Shown: one piece after another, positions 59,690-64,000 of the stretch
Position numbering within the stretch: the first letter of the stretch is position 1
Layout of the letters: each line of letters starts with the position of its first letter
DNA from: Promethearchaeota archaeon
GTDB taxonomy: Archaea; Asgardarchaeota; Lokiarchaeia; Sigyniarchaeales; SOKP01
Reading direction: 5' to 3'
DNA length: 64,000 nt
NCBI GenBank assembly: GCA_048939995.1
Contig: JBHLOY010000007.1
Location: 114,566 to 178,565 of the forward strand
The notes under the pieces: generated by a model
Database searches by the model: none
The model's input: only the letters and a program-made list of their open reading frames with translations
Told to the model about the DNA's origin: nothing
Made by a program: the position numbers and the translations under genes

Positions 59690-61450
59690 ATGAATGAGAA
59701 AGAAATAAAAGAAATTTTATGGTTAAATGGCTTAAAAAATGCCATTGAATTTAATGGAAAACCTAATAAAAAAGCAGTTATGGGAAAGTTAATGGCGCAA
59801 AGAGTAGACTTACGCCCTTTAGTGAAGAAAATAAACCCCCTTTTAGATGAAGTTATCCAAAATATATTAAGATTAAGCATTGAACAGCAAATTGAAGAAT
59901 TAATTAAGTTAGATCCTCATGCTTTAGATAAAAAGGAATCTAAAAAGGAGGAAAAAATATTACCCGATTTACCTAATATCACCAATTATGATAAATTGAT
60001 TATGCGTTTAGCTCCATATCCAAGCGGAGCATTACACATTGGGAATGCTAGGATGGTTATACTTAATGATGAATATGTCAAAAGATATAATGGCGAATTA
60101 ATTCTTTTTTTTGATGACACAATAGGGAGTCCTAAATCATTGAGAGATAGCCCTAAAGCAAAATTTGTGATTCCAGAAGCATATAGATTGATTGAAGAAG
60201 GATTAAGGTGGCTAGGAGTTAATTATTCTCAAGTGTATTACAAAAGTGAAAGACTTGAAACATTTTATGATTATTGTGAAAAACTTATAGAAGAAAATTT
60301 AGCATATGTTTGCTTTTGTAAAGCAGATGTTTTCAAGGAAAATTACAAGAATAATAGTATAAATTGTCCTCATAGAGATCAAACTTCAGAAAAGAATTTA
60401 GCCGAATGGAAAAAAATGCTTCAAAAACGATATAAAGAAGGTGAAGTTGTAGTAAGATTAAAAACTGGTATGGAACAAAAAGATCCAGCACTAAGAGATC
60501 AAATAATTATGAGAATTTCTGAAGCAGAACATCCTAGAGTTGGAAAAAAGTATGTTGTATGGCCTATGCTTGAATTTTCTTGGGCGATTGATGATTATCT
60601 TCTTGGGGTCACACATATTCTTAGAGGAGTGGATTTGATAAAAGAGGACTTTATCGAAAATTTCATTTGGGATCATTTCAAATGGAAAAAAGCAGAATTC
60701 TTACATTATGGGAGAATTAGATTCCCTAATATGAAATTAAGTAAAACAGAAGCAAGAAATAACATTCAGAATGGTATATATGATGGATGGGATGACCCAA
60801 GAACATGGAGTCTTCAATCGCTTGCAAAGAGAGGAATTAGGCCTGAAGCACTACGAGAAGTTTTATTTAATTTAGGAATGTCATTATCAGGAATTACATT
60901 CGATGTTGATTGGCTATACTCGAGAAATAAAGATATTATTGACGAAATTTCAGATAGATACTTCTTTGTAGAGACTCCAATAATGATTGAGGTATCAAAA
61001 GTTCCATTCTTAGAATATTGTGCTGAACCCTTATTATTACCTTCCAATCCAGAGAAAGGTACTAGAAAGATTAAAGGGAAAGCAAAGAATGGAAAGATAT
61101 TTATCTTTATATCAATAAATGATACTAAAGATTTACAACCAAAAGATATAATTCGGTTAAAGGATTTAATGAATATAGAAATTAAAGCTCTAAATTTAGA
61201 TAATAAGAAAATTAAGTGTGAATATCATAGTTTGGAATTGAATAGAGAATATCAAATTATCCAATGGGTTCCTAAAGATGAATATGTAGATGTATCGATT
61301 TTAAAACCAGATGGTATTATTTCAAAAGGATATGGAGAAATAAATCTATTAGATATCCCATTAAACACACCAGTACAATTTGAAAGATATGGATTTGTCA
61401 ATCCTACAAAAAGAGAACAAAAGAAATTATTTTGTTATTTTACACATTGA
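59690..61450 (+). CDS. gltX: glutamyl-tRNA synthetase
   Basis: AP.PSG.LHIG, THILRG.D, LSK, GWDDPR, QFERYGF. Confidence 0.95.
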   Translation: MNEKEIKEILWLNGLKNAIEFNGKPNKKAVMGKLMAQRVDLRPLVKKINPLLDEVIQNILRLSIEQQIEELIKLDPHALDKKESKKEEKILPDLPNITNYDKLIMRLAPYPSGALHIGNARMVILNDEYVKRYNGELILFFDDTIGSPKSLRDSPKAKFVIPEAYRLIEEGLRWLGVNYSQVYYKSERLETFYDYCEKLIEENLAYVCFCKADVFKENYKNNSINCPHRDQTSEKNLAEWKKMLQKRYKEGEVVVRLKTGMEQKDPALRDQIIMRISEAEHPRVGKKYVVWPMLEFSWAIDDYLLGVTHILRGVDLIKEDFIENFIWDHFKWKKAEFLHYGRIRFPNMKLSKTEARNNIQNGIYDGWDDPRTWSLQSLAKRGIRPEALREVLFNLGMSLSGITFDVDWLYSRNKDIIDEISDRYFFVETPIMIEVSKVPFLEYCAEPLLLPSNPEKGTRKIKGKAKNGKIFIFISINDTKDLQPKDIIRLKDLMNIEIKALNLDNKKIKCEYHSLELNREYQIIQWVPKDEYVDVSILKPDGIISKGYGEINLLDIPLNTPVQFERYGFVNPTKREQKKLFCYFTH

Positions 61451-61489
61451 TTAATAATATCAAAAATATAAAATGATTATGGAATCAAT

Positions 61490-62560
61490 ATGAATGAAAT
61501 AAATGAAGAATCTAACTCCTTGAATCAAAAAGGATGGGTATATTGCCCCTCATGTGGAAAAAAACTACCAGATATAGATAAACAAAAATTCTGTCTTAGA
61601 TGTGGGATAGATCTTGAATTAGTTAAGAATAAAAAGATTTCTCTATCATCTTATGCTCTGTCAGTCAAACAATTTTATTTTAAAGCTAGAACCGTAGAAA
61701 GAATTCCTGAAAGCGAAATATTAGAAGTAGGAAAAAGGAAATTATGGAATAGCTTTGCATCAATAGGAATTCCTATAGCAGCTTTTATATTATTGAACTT
61801 CATAACCTTGTTTATTATGATTTTCTTCATTGGTTTATTAACATCCCCAGAAGATCTTATTGGTATTGTTTTAAATCCATATTTTGTAGTTGGGTCTTCT
61901 TTTATCGAATTGGTCTTTATATTAATACCAGTATTATATATTGGAAAGTATCTCCAGAATTCTAAAATAAGTAACCGCTTAGCTCTTCTGGGATTTACTT
62001 CTAGAGGTTATAATAATTATAGAATTATGAAGGAAATCTTAATAGGCTTAGGATTTGCCGTTGTAGCTTTTTTCTTAGTCTTCTTTGTGTCACTTTTTAT
62101 CCAGCTTATCTTGGAATTAATTTTTGGAATTGAAATCGTGTACTCCGCAGGAGGTTCATTAAACGAAGTAGATATGATAATAGCTAATTCGGATATAGTA
62201 GCTTTAATATTGCTAATTCTTACAATGTTAATAATAATTGGACCATCTGAAGAAATTTTATTTAGAGGATTTATGCAAAAAGGGTTAGTTAGGAGTTTAG
62301 GAAAAATTGGTGGTATCATTATTACTGCGATTGTGTTTTCATTTATCCATTTAATAGGTATATTTGTAACAGCCTATAGTGCTCCAATAGAATATTTAAT
62401 ATCTTTCCTTCTCAATTTTTTTCCATACTTTGCTATTTCACTTTTGTTAGGTCTATTGTTTTATTGGAGAAAGGAGAATTTAATCGCAGTAGTTATAACA
62501 CATGGATTTTACAATGCTTTAACAATAATAATTGCTTATATTTATTTTAGTGTTTTTTAA
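61490..62560 (+). CDS. zinc-ribbon + CPBP (Abi/Rce1-like) intramembrane protease
   Basis: CPSCG...CLRCG; EEILFRG, F...H, H...N. Confidence 0.88.
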   Translation: MNEINEESNSLNQKGWVYCPSCGKKLPDIDKQKFCLRCGIDLELVKNKKISLSSYALSVKQFYFKARTVERIPESEILEVGKRKLWNSFASIGIPIAAFILLNFITLFIMIFFIGLLTSPEDLIGIVLNPYFVVGSSFIELVFILIPVLYIGKYLQNSKISNRLALLGFTSRGYNNYRIMKEILIGLGFAVVAFFLVFFVSLFIQLILELIFGIEIVYSAGGSLNEVDMIIANSDIVALILLILTMLIIIGPSEEILFRGFMQKGLVRSLGKIGGIIITAIVFSFIHLIGIFVTAYSAPIEYLISFLLNFFPYFAISLLLGLLFYWRKENLIAVVITHGFYNALTIIIAYIYFSVF

Positions 62561-62580
62561 TCATATTTTTTAATTTTATT

Positions 62581-63444
62581 ATGAATTTTTTGGATTTATT
62601 TAAATCTAAAACCAAAGGGAAGATCATTAACCTTGGAATCGGTCTTGGGAATGATTTATCTCAAAATCTAAAAATTCTTAGAGCTATTGAAGATTTTTTA
62701 ATAGAAAACCAAAGTTTAATTTACCTTTTTGGCACAAAAAACGCGATATCAGAACTCTTAGAAAAAGAGGCAGCTTCAAATATTAAGTCTAAATTTATTG
62801 AAAGTGCTGATCCTGAAAAAAATATCATAGAATCTTTAAAGAAACATATTGTTAATGCTATAATACGGGGGAATCTAAGCTCAAGTAAATTTCTAAAGTA
62901 TGTAAAAACTCTGCTATCTACAGAACAAATTTATCGACTAGCCCTACTAGAAACTATTGATCAAAGACAATTCTTTTTTGGACCGGTTGGGATTGATGAG
63001 TGTAATGATCTTAAAAAAAAAATTCAATTTATTGAAAACGCACTTCTCCAATTTAACTCTTTAAAAGTAGAGCCAAAAGTTAGTATTTTAAGTGGAGGGA
63101 GGCTCAGTGACATTGGCCGCGATGATTACGTGGATCAAACGATAAATATGGCAGAAAAAGTAGTATCATACTTTAAAGAAAAGTATCCAAAATTGAATAT
63201 TCAACACAATCAAATATTGATTGAAGCTGCTATAGAGAATGAATCAAATTTAATCATTGCCCCTGATGGGATTTCAGGTAACTTAATATATCGAACTCTT
63301 GTTCATTTAGGAGGGGGGAACGCATATGGAGCGCTTTATATGGGATTAGATTACACAATAGTAGATACTTCAAGAGTGGGGCAGTTTTCAGAAATACAAG
63401 GTGCTATATATTTAGCATTAGCTCAAGTGAAATTAGGGAATTAA
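62581..63444 (+). CDS. mtxX: Mmp4/MtxX family protein
   Basis: RG.L.S, R.ALL, F..PVGIDE, LSGGR..D.GR...VD, ILIE.A, APDGISGNLI.R, VDTSR. Confidence 0.85.
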   Translation: MNFLDLFKSKTKGKIINLGIGLGNDLSQNLKILRAIEDFLIENQSLIYLFGTKNAISELLEKEAASNIKSKFIESADPEKNIIESLKKHIVNAIIRGNLSSSKFLKYVKTLLSTEQIYRLALLETIDQRQFFFGPVGIDECNDLKKKIQFIENALLQFNSLKVEPKVSILSGGRLSDIGRDDYVDQTINMAEKVVSYFKEKYPKLNIQHNQILIEAAIENESNLIIAPDGISGNLIYRTLVHLGGGNAYGALYMGLDYTIVDTSRVGQFSEIQGAIYLALAQVKLGN

Positions 63445-63477
63445 TAACAAAATTAAATTAAAAAAAATTATGTTTCA

Positions 63478-63777
63478 TTAACTTATAGCTCCAATAAAAG
63501 CCGCAATTAGTACAAGAATTCCTCCAATTAAAGCAGCACATATAATCAAACCAACTCCTAACACCCCAATAAATGTTGGTGCATAATGAAGTGGCTTTAT
63601 CCCTAGAAATGTTGCTAAAACAGCACATATCAATGAGAGAATGCCCCCGATTATTCCAAAGTTATAAGGCATTAAACCAATCCCAACTAATATTAAAATT
63701 GATTCAATAATTGCGACTATACCCCCAATTATCGCAAAAACACGCATACCCACATCGGAACGTTGAATCTCACTCAT
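63478..63777 (-). CDS. small Gly-rich membrane protein
   Basis: 3-4 short TM helices. Confidence 0.7.
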   Translation of the reverse strand: MSEIQRSDVGMRVFAIIGGIVAIIESILILVGIGLMPYNFGIIGGILSLICAVLATFLGIKPLHYAPTFIGVLGVGLIICAALIGGILVLIAAFIGAIS

Positions 63778-63924
63778 AACGCATTCACTTTCTTAATGAA
63801 ATGATTTTTATTAAACAATAAAAAATTTGTACTTAAAAAGTTATAGCACTTAATAAATTAATAATATGAGTTATTAAATACATAATAAGTGACACATTTT
63901 TACGTTATCTGTAAGTTTTATAGA

Positions 63925-64000
63925 TGGGAGAGGGGGGAATTGAACCCCCGACCACTCGGCCCCCAGCCGACTAGACTTAATTCGGTTGAACCAAGCTAAC
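63925..64000 (-). tRNA. tRNA-Pro(GGG), 3' exon plus part of a non-canonical intron (5' part outside window)
   Basis: TCGG-CTGGGGG-CCGAG, variable loop, GGGGG-TTCAATT-CCCCC, CTCTCCC-A. The sequence 5' of 63970 is a hairpin and not a D-arm. Confidence 0.85.

Overview
AT-rich archaeal genomic window, most consistent with an Asgard archaeon of the Lokiarchaeia type. Support comes from an Asgard-type profilin, a Rab-like GTPase, longin-like domains, an MPN/JAMM protein, rpl38e, SepRS, a thermosome subunit and Alba. It is mostly housekeeping sequence (aspS, thrS, gltX, sepS, map, pth2, truD, prs, ribL, ribK, rpl40e, rpl38e), with a catabolic block at about 41-55 kb. No transposase, integrase or CRISPR array was seen. 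The strongest unexplained signal is a ~450-nt ORF-free element at 16463-16910 on the minus strand. It has a well-placed BRE/TATA promoter, 12-bp paired ends, several G-U-containing hairpins, a cUUCGg loop, a duplicated internal motif and a U-rich terminator. It shows no RNase P or SRP core that I can recognise, so it is a candidate undescribed large structured ncRNA. Other points are two tRNAs with non-canonical introns, two HTH regulators whose DNA-binding domains lie upstream of any ATG/GTG/TTG, a membrane PH-XRE regulator locus with a shared candidate operator, and three small genes missed by the ORF track. All product calls come from motif recognition by eye, not from database searches.
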